Below are positions 9,350-17,936 of a DNA stretch of 64,000 nucleotides, piece by piece. The stretch covers positions 8,056 through 72,055 of the forward strand of contig SVIJ01000001.1 of the NCBI GenBank assembly GCA_015069565.1, read 5' to 3'. The stretch's first letter is position 1; every line of letters begins with the position of its first letter. Both the position numbers and the translations under genes were made by a program. Source of the DNA: Clostridiales bacterium. GTDB lineage: Bacteria > Bacillota > Clostridia > Christensenellales > Borkfalkiaceae. The notes under the pieces were generated by a model. That model was not told the origin of the DNA, made no database searches, and saw only the letters and a list, made by a program, of their open reading frames with translations.

Positions 9350-12300
9350 ATGCAACGTAAGAAACTCAAAAATCTAACGATAAAAATGGCGGCTTTTCTC
9401 CTTTTTTGCGGCGCTTTTTGCGGCGCGGGGAGCGTTGCGCCGTCTTTTGAAAACGCACAGGCAGAGAGTGGCATAGCCCCCTCTGCTTTGCCTTTTGATG
9501 GCGGCGACCTTTTCCCGTCCACGACGTTGGAAGGCGGCTTTTCCGACACGCACGCCGCGAGTCAGGAAAAATATTTGTATTCCCGTATCGGCATGCAAAA
9601 GGACGGCGTTTCCGTCCGCGACGTCACCAAGGGCGCAACGGATGCACACCGTTCACGCGTCGTCGTGATTGATAGCGGCGTAAAATATGATCACGAAGAT
9701 TTTTTGGCGGCGGACGGATCTATTCGTTTTAGCCCTTTGAGCTACAACGTGACGATGAAAAAAACGGTCGCAGAAGCAGGGTATGAAATCTTGGCGGATA
9801 GCGAAATTGTAGGCGGACACGGTACCCAGGTATGCGGTCAAATCTTTGCCGTTGGGGATAATGGCGTCGGAATCGCGGGGCTTGCCGAAGACGTGGAGCT
9901 GATTTTTGTCAAGGTCACGCCCACCTCGCAAGGCGGCTACGACGGCTACGAGATGCTGGAAGCGATGGAGTACGCGGCAACGCTGAACGCCGACGTCGTG
10001 AATATGTCACTGGGCAATTTCTTGACGAGCAATCCCTATTCATCCGTTTTGCGTAGAATCCGCAATAGCGGCGCGGTGATCGTTTCTGCAGCAGGGAACG
10101 TTTCCAAGAGCGATTTGCATTATCCGTCTGCGGATAGTAGCGTAATCGGCGTGGGGGCGTTTACAAACCTGCTCAATTATTCGTCCACGGCGACGGAATA
10201 TCCCTTGGCTTCCTATTCGACGTTCGGGGATAAGAACGTGCAAGTTTGCGCGCCTGGCGGCTTTTACTCGACGACGATGGACGGCGGCTATGCGTACGCC
10301 AACGGCACTTCGCTCGCTACGCCGATCGTCACTTCGGCGGTGGCGCTGTATCGTTCGCTGTACCCCGAATCCACGGTAGAAGAAGTAGAAGCGGCGCTCT
10401 ATGCGTCCGCAACCGACCAAGGGGATTACGGCAAGGATTATAAGTTCGGCTACGGTGGCTTGAATATCTACGATTTCCTGTTTGGAAAAACGGGTCAGGT
10501 CACCTTTGATTTTGGGGGCGGCAACGAGCAAACGCGCACGGTGAAGGAAGGGCATGCTTTACAGGAGTACCCTTTCCCGACGGTGGGAAATATACCTACG
10601 GGTAAGGAGTTTGGCGGTTGGTACTTGGATAAAGCCTACACTAAGCCGTTGACCTATTATAAGCAGGTTTTGCCGATCGGCACGCGCGTGTACGCGAAGT
10701 GGCAAAATATCGGCGCAGACGGCTTATCGACGGGCTCGGCAAACGGCTGCGGCGCGCTGGATTACACCTTTACAAAAAGCGGCAATATCGCAATTAAGGG
10801 CTACCATGGCTGCGGTGAGCGCTTAATTTTGCCTAAAAACCTTACGGTGGACGGCAAAATCTACTCTATAACAGAGCTTGCGGCAAAGGCGTTGCAGGGG
10901 CATAAAACCTTGAAAAAAATCGTCTTGCCGACTACGGTGACGACGATTCGAGAATACGCGTTTGCCGACGATTATGAGTACGTATACCTGCCGTCGTCGG
11001 TGACTACGGTGGAAAAACACGCCTTCCGCAACAGCTCGGGAACGCTGTATATGGAAAGCGAAACGGGCGCGGACGGCTTTGCGGTCGGCTGGAACGAAGG
11101 CGCGGAGTTGACCAACGTTTTGAAGGTTGGACAAGTCAAGGTGGAAGACGGGCTGGAACTCGTCTTGATCGACGGAAAATATACCCTGCTTACCTACGAA
11201 GGTGCAGATAGGTACGTATCTTTGGATTTGGAATATCCTGTGACGACGATTGCGCCGCAGGCGTTTGAAGGAAATACACGCGTGGAAACGGTGTATGCGC
11301 CCGACGTGCTTTCGATCGGTGAAAGAGCGTTTTACGGCTGTACGGGCTTGACGGACGTGCAATTCTCGTCGGTGGAAAGCATCGGGGCTTCGGCGTTTTA
11401 CGGTTGCGCCGCCTTGACGGATCTGCAATTCCCCGCAAGCTTGCGCGTGATTGAAAACTCGGCGTTTGCAGGCAATGAAGCGCTCATTCGGTTTTCTATC
11501 CCTGCTGGGAGCGTTTTGGAGCGCATCGGCGATTATGCTTTTGAAGACTGCCTTTCGCTGGAAGGGGTGGATTTGCATAACGCGCAGGCGCTGACCTACG
11601 TGGGCTTGAACGCGTTTGCGGACGCGAAAAACGCCTTTGTGCTCTATATACCCGACAACGTACAAACGATCGGGTATAATGCTTTTGGCGGCATGCAGAG
11701 CTTGACTTCCGCGCGCTTGCCCTTTTTGGGTAGGGGGCGGAAGGATACGTATACCCACTTTGGATATACCTTCGGCGCAAGCAATATCGACCTGCAATCG
11801 GCGGTCGTGCCTGCGAATTTGCAGTATCTTTTCGTCGGCGGTGACGTGCAGGACGGCGCGTTCAAGGGAATGAGCGGACTCACCGTTTTTGTGGCAGGAA
11901 ATTGTAGCGAAGTAGACGGTCTTACCGTATTTAGTGGCGGCAGGTACGCGTTTATTCAAATTTATGCACAGGATTTGCTGATCGGGATGCTGGGCGGCAA
12001 AGCAAACAGCGAGTTGCCCACGTCGACGCTAAATAGCGCATTCCGCGCCCCCAAGGGCTATGCGAGCGCAGGCTGGTCGGGTGCGGACGTTTCCGTATTC
12101 CCTGCCGAAGGCACGCACGTGTGGACGCTGGATACGCAGGCGGAAAGCTATGAGATTGTCTTCTGCGACGAAGCAGGAAACGTTCTTTCTACGCAAACGC
12201 TTGGCTACGGCGAACGGGCAGTAGAACCCGCACTGCCGCAAAAGCCGACCACGGCGCAGTATGAATACGTCTTTATCGGTTGGGATCGTCCGTTGACGCC

Positions 12301-13657
12301 TGCGGTGGAAAACGCCGTCTACACGGCGGTATATCAAGCTGTGGCGCGGAGCTATACCGTGCGTTTTTACAGCGACGATGGAACGCTTTTGTCGCAGGAC
12401 GTTTACCTGTACGGCGAGATGCCGATCGCGCCGATCGTGAGCGATCGTCCGATGGACAACACCTATTATGAAAAGTTTGTCGGTTGGGATCATGAAGTGG
12501 CGCTTACGCAAGAGGATGCGGAATATCACGCGCGGTTTGAAAAAACGTACGTCGAATACAAGATTTGCTTCTTGTATGAAGACGGAACAAGCTTCTTTGA
12601 AAAGACATACTATTACGGGGAAGAAATTTCTGCACCGAACACGGATAGAGAACAAAACGTGGCATACAGGTACGAGTTTATCGGTTGGAAAGAGCCGTTT
12701 AGCATGGTCACGTGCGACGCCGATTATACAGCGTTGTACCGCGAAATTTTGCGTGAATACACCGTTGTTTTTGTGGATTACGACGGCAAGGAAATTAGCC
12801 GTGCAACGGTTGCGTACGGTGAAATTCCTGTGACCCCGACTCCGCCCGAAAGAGCGGAAGAAGGCGGTTTCCGTTATGAGTTCATCGGCTGGGATACGGA
12901 AGTGGTAGCCGTTTTCGGTGACGCTACGTATACGGCGGCGTATAAAGCGGTTTCGACGAAGATTACGGTCAAGTTTGTCAATTATGACGGCTCGCTACTC
13001 TCGGAAGCGGAATACGACAAGGGTGCGACGGTTATCCAGCCTAATACGCCGACGAGAACGGTGGATAGCAAGACCTATTATTACGAGTTCGCAGGCTGGG
13101 ATAAAGACGTGACGTCGGCAACGGAAAACGTGACCTATAAAGCCACCTACGAACGCAAATATTACGAATACACCATCCGCTTTGCGGACTACGACGGTAG
13201 TGTGATTTCGGAAGAAGTGTACCGCTATGGCGCGTCGGTGACCGTTCCTGCAAATCCGAGCCGTGAAGGGTATACCTTCGTCGGTTGGAATCCAGAGATT
13301 GCGAAGGCTGAAAAGGACGTTGTTTATACGGCGGTCTACGAAAAGTTTCCAGGCGGTGGCGGCTCGGGCGACGATAGCTCGGGGGGAAACACCAATAGCG
13401 GCGATGATAGCAGTTCGGGCGGCTTAGACGACTCGACGGGCGGCAATAGCTCGGGCAACAACGATAGCTCGGATAGTTCTAACGCAGATAGCAGTACGGG
13501 GGATTCGTCGACGGGCGCGTTCGATTCTTCGTCTATCGTACCGCCGTCGGTGCAGGATTCGCCCAAAAAGAGCGGCTGCAACGGAACGGTTGGGGGCGTG
13601 GGCGTATGCTGTATGCTTTTTGCGGCTCTCATCTTCTGCTGCAAAAAGGAAGAATAA
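9350..13657 (+). CDS. S8 (subtilisin-family) serine peptidase fused to BspA-type LRRs, six GW-type repeats, an S/G/D-rich linker and a C-terminal TM anchor
   Basis: Signal peptide present. Catalytic motifs RVVVIDSGV (Asp), GGHGTQVCG (His), NGTSLATP (Ser). LRR_5-like region (LILPKNLTVDGKIYSITELAAKAL...). Repeats of type Y.F.GWD. Hydrophobic tail VGVCCMLFAALIFCC-KKEE. Confidence 0.85.
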   Translation: MQRKKLKNLTIKMAAFLLFCGAFCGAGSVAPSFENAQAESGIAPSALPFDGGDLFPSTTLEGGFSDTHAASQEKYLYSRIGMQKDGVSVRDVTKGATDAHRSRVVVIDSGVKYDHEDFLAADGSIRFSPLSYNVTMKKTVAEAGYEILADSEIVGGHGTQVCGQIFAVGDNGVGIAGLAEDVELIFVKVTPTSQGGYDGYEMLEAMEYAATLNADVVNMSLGNFLTSNPYSSVLRRIRNSGAVIVSAAGNVSKSDLHYPSADSSVIGVGAFTNLLNYSSTATEYPLASYSTFGDKNVQVCAPGGFYSTTMDGGYAYANGTSLATPIVTSAVALYRSLYPESTVEEVEAALYASATDQGDYGKDYKFGYGGLNIYDFLFGKTGQVTFDFGGGNEQTRTVKEGHALQEYPFPTVGNIPTGKEFGGWYLDKAYTKPLTYYKQVLPIGTRVYAKWQNIGADGLSTGSANGCGALDYTFTKSGNIAIKGYHGCGERLILPKNLTVDGKIYSITELAAKALQGHKTLKKIVLPTTVTTIREYAFADDYEYVYLPSSVTTVEKHAFRNSSGTLYMESETGADGFAVGWNEGAELTNVLKVGQVKVEDGLELVLIDGKYTLLTYEGADRYVSLDLEYPVTTIAPQAFEGNTRVETVYAPDVLSIGERAFYGCTGLTDVQFSSVESIGASAFYGCAALTDLQFPASLRVIENSAFAGNEALIRFSIPAGSVLERIGDYAFEDCLSLEGVDLHNAQALTYVGLNAFADAKNAFVLYIPDNVQTIGYNAFGGMQSLTSARLPFLGRGRKDTYTHFGYTFGASNIDLQSAVVPANLQYLFVGGDVQDGAFKGMSGLTVFVAGNCSEVDGLTVFSGGRYAFIQIYAQDLLIGMLGGKANSELPTSTLNSAFRAPKGYASAGWSGADVSVFPAEGTHVWTLDTQAESYEIVFCDEAGNVLSTQTLGYGERAVEPALPQKPTTAQYEYVFIGWDRPLTPAVENAVYTAVYQAVARSYTVRFYSDDGTLLSQDVYLYGEMPIAPIVSDRPMDNTYYEKFVGWDHEVALTQEDAEYHARFEKTYVEYKICFLYEDGTSFFEKTYYYGEEISAPNTDREQNVAYRYEFIGWKEPFSMVTCDADYTALYREILREYTVVFVDYDGKEISRATVAYGEIPVTPTPPERAEEGGFRYEFIGWDTEVVAVFGDATYTAAYKAVSTKITVKFVNYDGSLLSEAEYDKGATVIQPNTPTRTVDSKTYYYEFAGWDKDVTSATENVTYKATYERKYYEYTIRFADYDGSVISEEVYRYGASVTVPANPSREGYTFVGWNPEIAKAEKDVVYTAVYEKFPGGGGSGDDSSGGNTNSGDDSSSGGLDDSTGGNSSGNNDSSDSSNADSSTGDSSTGAFDSSSIVPPSVQDSPKKSGCNGTVGGVGVCCMLFAALIFCCKKEE
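12149..13348 (+). repeat. Six tandem ~67-aa coding repeats inside the S8 peptidase gene
   Basis: Units start YEIVFCDE, YTVRFYSD, YKICFLYE, YTVVFVDY, ITVKFVNY, YTIRFADY. Each carries YG....P...P....Y.F.GW......D..Y.A.Y. Followed by an S/G/D low-complexity tract to about 13530. Confidence 0.8.
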
Positions 13658-13686
13658 ATTTGGTTAAAAACCTAAGCACAATCAAA

Positions 13687-13716
13687 AGCCCTGAGCAGTT
13701 GCTCAGGGCTTGTTGT
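13687..13716 (+). terminator. Intrinsic terminator after the S8 peptidase gene
   Basis: AGCCCTGAGCA-GT-TGCTCAGGGCT hairpin followed by a T-rich tail. Confidence 0.6.
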
Positions 13717-13754
13717 ATGCTTAAAATCGAGCGGGGGATTTTTTCAAAGAGCTA

Positions 13755-13783
13755 TTGACAAAGACTTCTATCTATGATAGAAT
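13755..13783 (+). promoter_or_regulatory. Sigma-70-type promoter for the TerB-like gene pair
   Basis: TTGACA, 17-nt spacer, TAGAAT, preceded by TG (extended -10). Confidence 0.6.
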
Positions 13784-13813
13784 AAGTGCAATAATTCTTT
13801 TTGGGGGTTCACT

Positions 13814-14224
13814 ATGAACATCAATTCTATGGTTAACTATTGCTTAGGGCTTTCCTATTACGACCTTGAAAATTTTGCAGGTCAAAACTACAAGAAGGTG
13901 CATGCACACATCGCAAGCAAGCACGGCGGCGACAAGGCAAACACCCTTCTCATCGGCTCGATTTTTACCTGTATTGCGACGGATGGCAAGCTTTCCGAAG
14001 GGGAATGGAAGTTCATCGCTTCCTTCATCGGCGGCTATACTTACGACGAAGCGTTTAAGGTAGCGAGTGAGTTCTATTGCGACGAAGCGGAAAAGACCAC
14101 GCGCGATCTGATCGATTTCTTGCCTTCGGACGTTGCGGAAGCGCTCGTTTCCGTGTGCATTGCGGTGCTTGCGGTGGACGGCAGAATGGAAGGCCCTGAA
14201 ATGGCGTTCCTTCGTAGCCTTTAA
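13814..14224 (+). CDS. TerB-like domain protein (136 aa)
   Basis: Two halves each carry the TerB-type A.DG...E..F motif (CIATDGKLSEGEWKFI; VLAVDGRMEGPEMAFL). Paralogue of the next gene. Confidence 0.5.
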   Translation: MNINSMVNYCLGLSYYDLENFAGQNYKKVHAHIASKHGGDKANTLLIGSIFTCIATDGKLSEGEWKFIASFIGGYTYDEAFKVASEFYCDEAEKTTRDLIDFLPSDVAEALVSVCIAVLAVDGRMEGPEMAFLRSL

Positions 14225-14244
14225 TGGCAAGGTAGGGGAAAAAT

Positions 14245-14664
14245 ATGACTGTACGTGAAATGATAGATATGTGTTTGGGTATGTCCCGTAGCGAGCTGGA
14301 AAACTTTGCGGGAAGATATTTTAACACCGTTTACAATTATCTTTCGGAGCAGGTTGGATCCAGCCTTGCGATGCGCGGAATGAAGATTGCTATTTTCAGC
14401 GCGCTTGCGGCGGATGGGGATCTTTCGGATGCGGAATACGAGTTTGTTCGTTCCTTCCTTGGCGGTTATTCTTATTCGGATGCGTGGCAGGAAGTGGATA
14501 TGGCGCAAAGCAGGGAATTGCGTGATGAAATTCACACGATGATTTGTAGACTTCCGTCGTCGCCGAGAGCGGCGTTCCAAGCGATGAGCATCGCGATCCT
14601 GTGCGTAGATAAGCGAATCTACGGCGAAGAAATAGACTATTTGGAAACCTATCTTCTTCCGTAA
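14245..14664 (+). CDS. TerB-like domain protein (139 aa), paralogue of 13814..14224
   Basis: Shares ...CLG.S...LENFAG... with its neighbour, plus ALAADGDLSDAEYEFV and ILCVDKRIYGEEIDYL. Confidence 0.5.
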   Translation: MTVREMIDMCLGMSRSELENFAGRYFNTVYNYLSEQVGSSLAMRGMKIAIFSALAADGDLSDAEYEFVRSFLGGYSYSDAWQEVDMAQSRELRDEIHTMICRLPSSPRAAFQAMSIAILCVDKRIYGEEIDYLETYLLP

Positions 14665-14682
14665 AGCTGTGCGCAAAAAAAT

Positions 14683-14712
14683 AAAACTCGGTTGCAAAAC
14701 CGAGTTTTTTCT
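14683..14712 (+). terminator. Intrinsic terminator
   Basis: AAACTCGGTT-GCAA-AACCGAGTTT followed by a T-run. Confidence 0.75.
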
Positions 14713-14746
14713 TTCTATGGAATGGTTGTTGGGATAAGCAAGCCGT

Positions 14747-14824
14747 GCCCTGCGTCCATACAAGCGTTTTTCCGCGATAATTGATAGGATTTCCCATCAC
14801 ATCGTATATGTATTGTATCACAAC
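14747..14824 (-). pseudogene. Short RHS/YD-repeat remnant
   Basis: Minus-strand translation VVIQYIYDVMGNPINYRGKTLVWTQG matches the Y.YD..GN....G..L.W YD-repeat pattern. No credible start. Lies downstream of a terminator. Confidence 0.35.
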
Positions 14825-14828
14825 AAGT

Positions 14829-14857
14829 ACAAAAACAGGGCGTGTTTCCACGCCCTG
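14829..14857 (-). terminator. Intrinsic terminator after the 14872..15483 gene
   Basis: On the minus strand: CAGGGCGTG-GAAA-CACGCCCTG followed by TTTTT. Confidence 0.7.
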
Positions 14858-14871
14858 CTCTTATATTAACC

Positions 14872-15483
14872 TTATATCCTATACTCAAATTCCATTTGCG
14901 TCAATTGTACACCTAAATTTTGAGTGACATACGGCATATGTGTAAACTTCTTTTTATTGATACTTTGATACAGCAATCGATTAAAAACGATACGATTTTC
15001 CACTCTGGAATACATTACGATATACCAACTTGCAGAATAATTATCCCCACGATTTCTAACGTAAGCGCTCAACGTTGGTTCATCTTTGAATTCTATCAAT
15101 TCCCCAAAAAAGAAAGCATCATATCCTAGGATAAATTCTGAAACGAAAAGACTTCTATACTTCGCTTGCAATTTTTCCAAATTGTCCGTAAGGCATTGAT
15201 TAAACTCCGTTTCAGTTTCCCATTTTAGAGAAAGATACACATCTATGTCCGAAGAATGGTAATTATACCGAACATACGAAAAATTTTCCACGTGTTCCAT
15301 ATCCACATCTTCGGGAAATATCGAAAACGAAGTACGAACATACTCATTTCTTAAAGTTTCATATTTCGCAAAATCTTTCGTTTCTTCGTATTTGTAATCG
15401 CCTTGTCCGCATGAGCCTAACAAGAAGATTATAACGCTAAAAACCATCCCTATAAACAACTTAAAAAATCGTTTTCTATACAT
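14872..15483 (-). CDS. AT-rich hypothetical lipoprotein (203 aa) in immunity-gene position after an RHS remnant
   Basis: Signal plus lipobox (VIIFLLGSC-GQG). Visibly lower GC than the flanks. Its ATG lies 2 nt after the stop of the RHS remnant. Confidence 0.7.
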   Translation of the reverse strand: MYRKRFFKLFIGMVFSVIIFLLGSCGQGDYKYEETKDFAKYETLRNEYVRTSFSIFPEDVDMEHVENFSYVRYNYHSSDIDVYLSLKWETETEFNQCLTDNLEKLQAKYRSLFVSEFILGYDAFFFGELIEFKDEPTLSAYVRNRGDNYSASWYIVMYSRVENRIVFNRLLYQSINKKKFTHMPYVTQNLGVQLTQMEFEYRI

Positions 15484-15485
15484 TT

Positions 15486-15707
15486 TTATCCCCCCAAAGC
15501 TCGTTTTATTATTGTTCCCCAGGTTTCACCATAATTTAGATTTGCCGTAATCGCATTTCCACTCGCATCCAAAACCTTATGGTTCCCCCACGCATCGTAC
15601 GCATAGTTTACCACAACGTTGGCATTGCTGTCAAGTATCGCAATAATATTTCCAAACAAATCCTTTCGGAACGCGTATCGGTTGCCGTCGTACAGTGGTG
15701 GAAGGGA
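15486..15707 (-). pseudogene. RHS/YD-repeat protein C-proximal remnant (no start codon)
   Basis: My manual minus-strand translation: SLPPLYDGNRYAFRKDLFGNIIAILDSNANVVVNYAYDAWGNHKVLDASGNAITANLNYGETWGTIIKRALGG*. It shows YD-repeat/RHS-core-like motifs. It begins directly after, and in frame with, the hydrolase stop codon. Confidence 0.5.
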
Positions 15708-16664
15708 TTAAAAGCCGCATTCTTCTTGGAATTCTCGCAAGCCTTCGACGTATTCGTCGGGGTTGTTTGGATAGGCAAGCCCGTGCCCTGCGCCGTGCAG
15801 GGTGATAAGCTTCTTTTTCGGCGCGTTGCACGCGGCGTACATATCCACGCTCATTTGATAGGGCACGTAATCATCCGCGTCGCCGTGCAGGAAAATCACG
15901 GGCGTTTTTGCTCGTTTCACCGACTCGATAGGGCAGGAATCGTTCGGGTCAAAGCCGCCGAAGATGATGCCGCCAAATCGGATAAAAGGGTATACCATGT
16001 CCGCAGGCAAGCCCATTTCACGCACCACCTTCTTGATGATTTCCTTTGCCGATGAAAAGCCGCAATCCGCCATCACGGAAACGACGTTTTCGGGCAGCGT
16101 TTCTTCCGATGCAAGCAGTACCGTCGTAGCCCCCATCGACACGCCGCCGATCATTAGCGTTCGATCCTTGCCAAACTTTTTCACGGCAAAGTCAATCCAA
16201 GTCAAGCAGTCCTTTTTCTCTTTGACGCCGAAGGTGATCACCCGTCCGTCGCTCGGGCCGCTTCCGCGTTGATTGACAATCAGCATACTTCTGCCCAGCG
16301 CCGCGCAACGGTCGATTGCGCCCGATAAATCCCGCTCCGCCGTGCCTTGGTAGCCGTGGAACAAAAGCTCTACGGGGGAGTTCGGGGCGTATTCATAATA
16401 TGCGCCGCGCAGGGTCAAGCCGTCGAAGGAAGTCACCGACACGTCTTCGTGCGGCAGCTTGCGTAAGCGTTCCATCCAGTCTTTCATTTGTGGGTAAAAA
16501 GGGACGTAGACGTCGCCTGGGGGATACTCGTATTCCCCTTCGCCGAGCGGCTTGCGCTTGGGGGAATAGAACACCTTCAAAAAGCAACCCAAGCAAATGA
16601 GCAAAAAAAGCGCCGCCACGCCTAAAATTCCGCAAAGAATCCAAAAAACAATCTCATACCACAT
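15708..16664 (-). CDS. Membrane-anchored alpha/beta hydrolase (S9/COG1073-like)
   Basis: N-terminal TM. Nucleophile elbow GGVSMGA, acid HGDADDYVP, His GAGHGLAY. Confidence 0.8.
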   Translation of the reverse strand: MWYEIVFWILCGILGVAALFLLICLGCFLKVFYSPKRKPLGEGEYEYPPGDVYVPFYPQMKDWMERLRKLPHEDVSVTSFDGLTLRGAYYEYAPNSPVELLFHGYQGTAERDLSGAIDRCAALGRSMLIVNQRGSGPSDGRVITFGVKEKKDCLTWIDFAVKKFGKDRTLMIGGVSMGATTVLLASEETLPENVVSVMADCGFSSAKEIIKKVVREMGLPADMVYPFIRFGGIIFGGFDPNDSCPIESVKRAKTPVIFLHGDADDYVPYQMSVDMYAACNAPKKKLITLHGAGHGLAYPNNPDEYVEGLREFQEECGF

Positions 16665-17019
16665 TTCTATTATCTCTCGTAATTAACCAAAGTAATATAA
16701 TCCAAACCAAGATTTTTAGCGGCAAATTTTGCCTACTACTTCGTTAAAAACCTTGATAAACCGTCGGGTTGATCTGCGGTTTTTGCCTTGTAGAAGGACG
16801 AAAATTTGCTCGCTATAAAATTGCTTCGCACCCAAAAGTTGGGATTTTGAAATGATTTTGGGCGCGGAGGAAGAAATTATACCAAAGTATTATGATGACG
16901 ACAAGCCACAAAAGCGTTCAAAAGACGGATTTTGGGCTGGTTTGGATTATATTGCTTTGGTTATAGGGGAATTATATCACTTTCTTTTTGCTTTTGCAAG
17001 CGGAAAAAGAGAAAAACCC

Positions 17020-17048
17020 TTGCAAGTGCGAGAAAAATGTGATATACT
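17020..17048 (+). promoter_or_regulatory. Sigma-70-type promoter of the ATP-grasp/TIR-NACHT/IMPase operon
   Basis: TTGCAA, 17-nt spacer, TATACT with upstream TG. A second TATAAT lies at 17053..17058. RBS AGGAG lies before the ATG at 17079. Confidence 0.6.
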
Positions 17049-17078
17049 AACGTATAATCACATTAAAAAGGAGCGATT

Positions 17079-17936
17079 ATGAAAGGGTGGCTGGTCGTCA
17101 ACGGCTTTTTACAATCGAATAAGTTTGACGAGCTGTACGCCTTTTTGTGCCGCGCGGCGGTTTCGCTCGGTATCGAATTAGAAAAAAAGACGTCGACGGA
17201 GCTTTTCGACCGCGTGGACGCGCTTGTGGATAAGCCCGATTTCGTGCTGTTTTGGGACAAGGACTACGCCCTTGCCAAGCGCTTGGAAAACGCAGGGCTG
17301 CGCCTTTTTAACAGCGCGGAAGGGGTGCGGCTTGCGGACGATAAAACGCTGACGGCGCTTGCCCTTTCGGGGAAGGTAAAAACCCCCAAGACGATGCTTG
17401 CGCCCATGACCTTCGACGGGGTGGGGTACACCGATTTATCCTTTTTGGCAAGAGCGGAAAAGGAGCTCGGCTATCCCATGGTCGTAAAGGAAGCGTGCGG
17501 CTCGTTTGGGCGGCAGGTATACTTGGTGCATAGCGCAAAAGAGCTACAAAAGCTTGTATCGGGCTTTGGGTATAAGTCCTTTTTGTTGCAGGAATATATT
17601 GCGTGCAGTTCGGGCAGGGATTTGCGCGTGAACGTCGTTGGCGGCAGGGTGCTTTGCGGAATGCTCAGAGAAAACGACAGCGATTTCCGCTCGAATATCA
17701 CAGGCGGCGGCAAGGCACACGCCTATACGCCCACGGTAGAGCAGTCGGACGCGGCGGTGGCGGCGTGTAGGGCGCTCGGGCTGGATTTTGCAGGCGTGGA
17801 CGTACTGTTTGGCGAAGGGGGAGATCCGCTCGTTTGCGAAGTGAATTCCAACCCCCATTTTAGAAGCACCTACGATTGCACGGGGGTGGATATGAGCGTG
17901 GAAATTTTGCGCTATATCCAAGAAATGCTTTTATGA
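17079..17936 (+). CDS. RimK-type ATP-grasp ligase 1
   Basis: GYPMVVKEACGSFGRQVYLV; LLQEYI...GRDLRVNVVGGRV; DFRSNITGGG; GLDFAGVDVLF...VCEVNSNPHF. Confidence 0.8.
   Translation: MKGWLVVNGFLQSNKFDELYAFLCRAAVSLGIELEKKTSTELFDRVDALVDKPDFVLFWDKDYALAKRLENAGLRLFNSAEGVRLADDKTLTALALSGKVKTPKTMLAPMTFDGVGYTDLSFLARAEKELGYPMVVKEACGSFGRQVYLVHSAKELQKLVSGFGYKSFLLQEYIACSSGRDLRVNVVGGRVLCGMLRENDSDFRSNITGGGKAHAYTPTVEQSDAAVAACRALGLDFAGVDVLFGEGGDPLVCEVNSNPHFRSTYDCTGVDMSVEILRYIQEMLL

Noticed and set aside
15705-15710. Possible stop-codon read-through joining the alpha/beta hydrolase to the in-frame RHS remnant.
   Set aside because: - In-frame placement has a one-in-three chance of arising by coincidence.
- There is no read-through context or functional logic.
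- The remnant lacks an RHS toxin tip.
- It is best treated as a pseudogene fragment.
16852-17082. A 76-aa ORF whose stop overlaps the ATG of the first ATP-grasp gene (ATGA). It could be a fifth operon member or a peptide substrate.
   Set aside because: - The best promoter for the operon (17020..17048) lies inside its 3' end.
- Its own RBS is weak.
- It is kept only as something to re-examine if homologous loci conserve it.
17876-17932. The upstream start (MHGGGYERG...) listed for the second ATP-grasp gene.
   Set aside because: It would overlap the first ATP-grasp gene by 61 nt. The MKGWL start at 17933 gives an ATGA coupling and parallels the MKGWL N-terminus of the paralogue.
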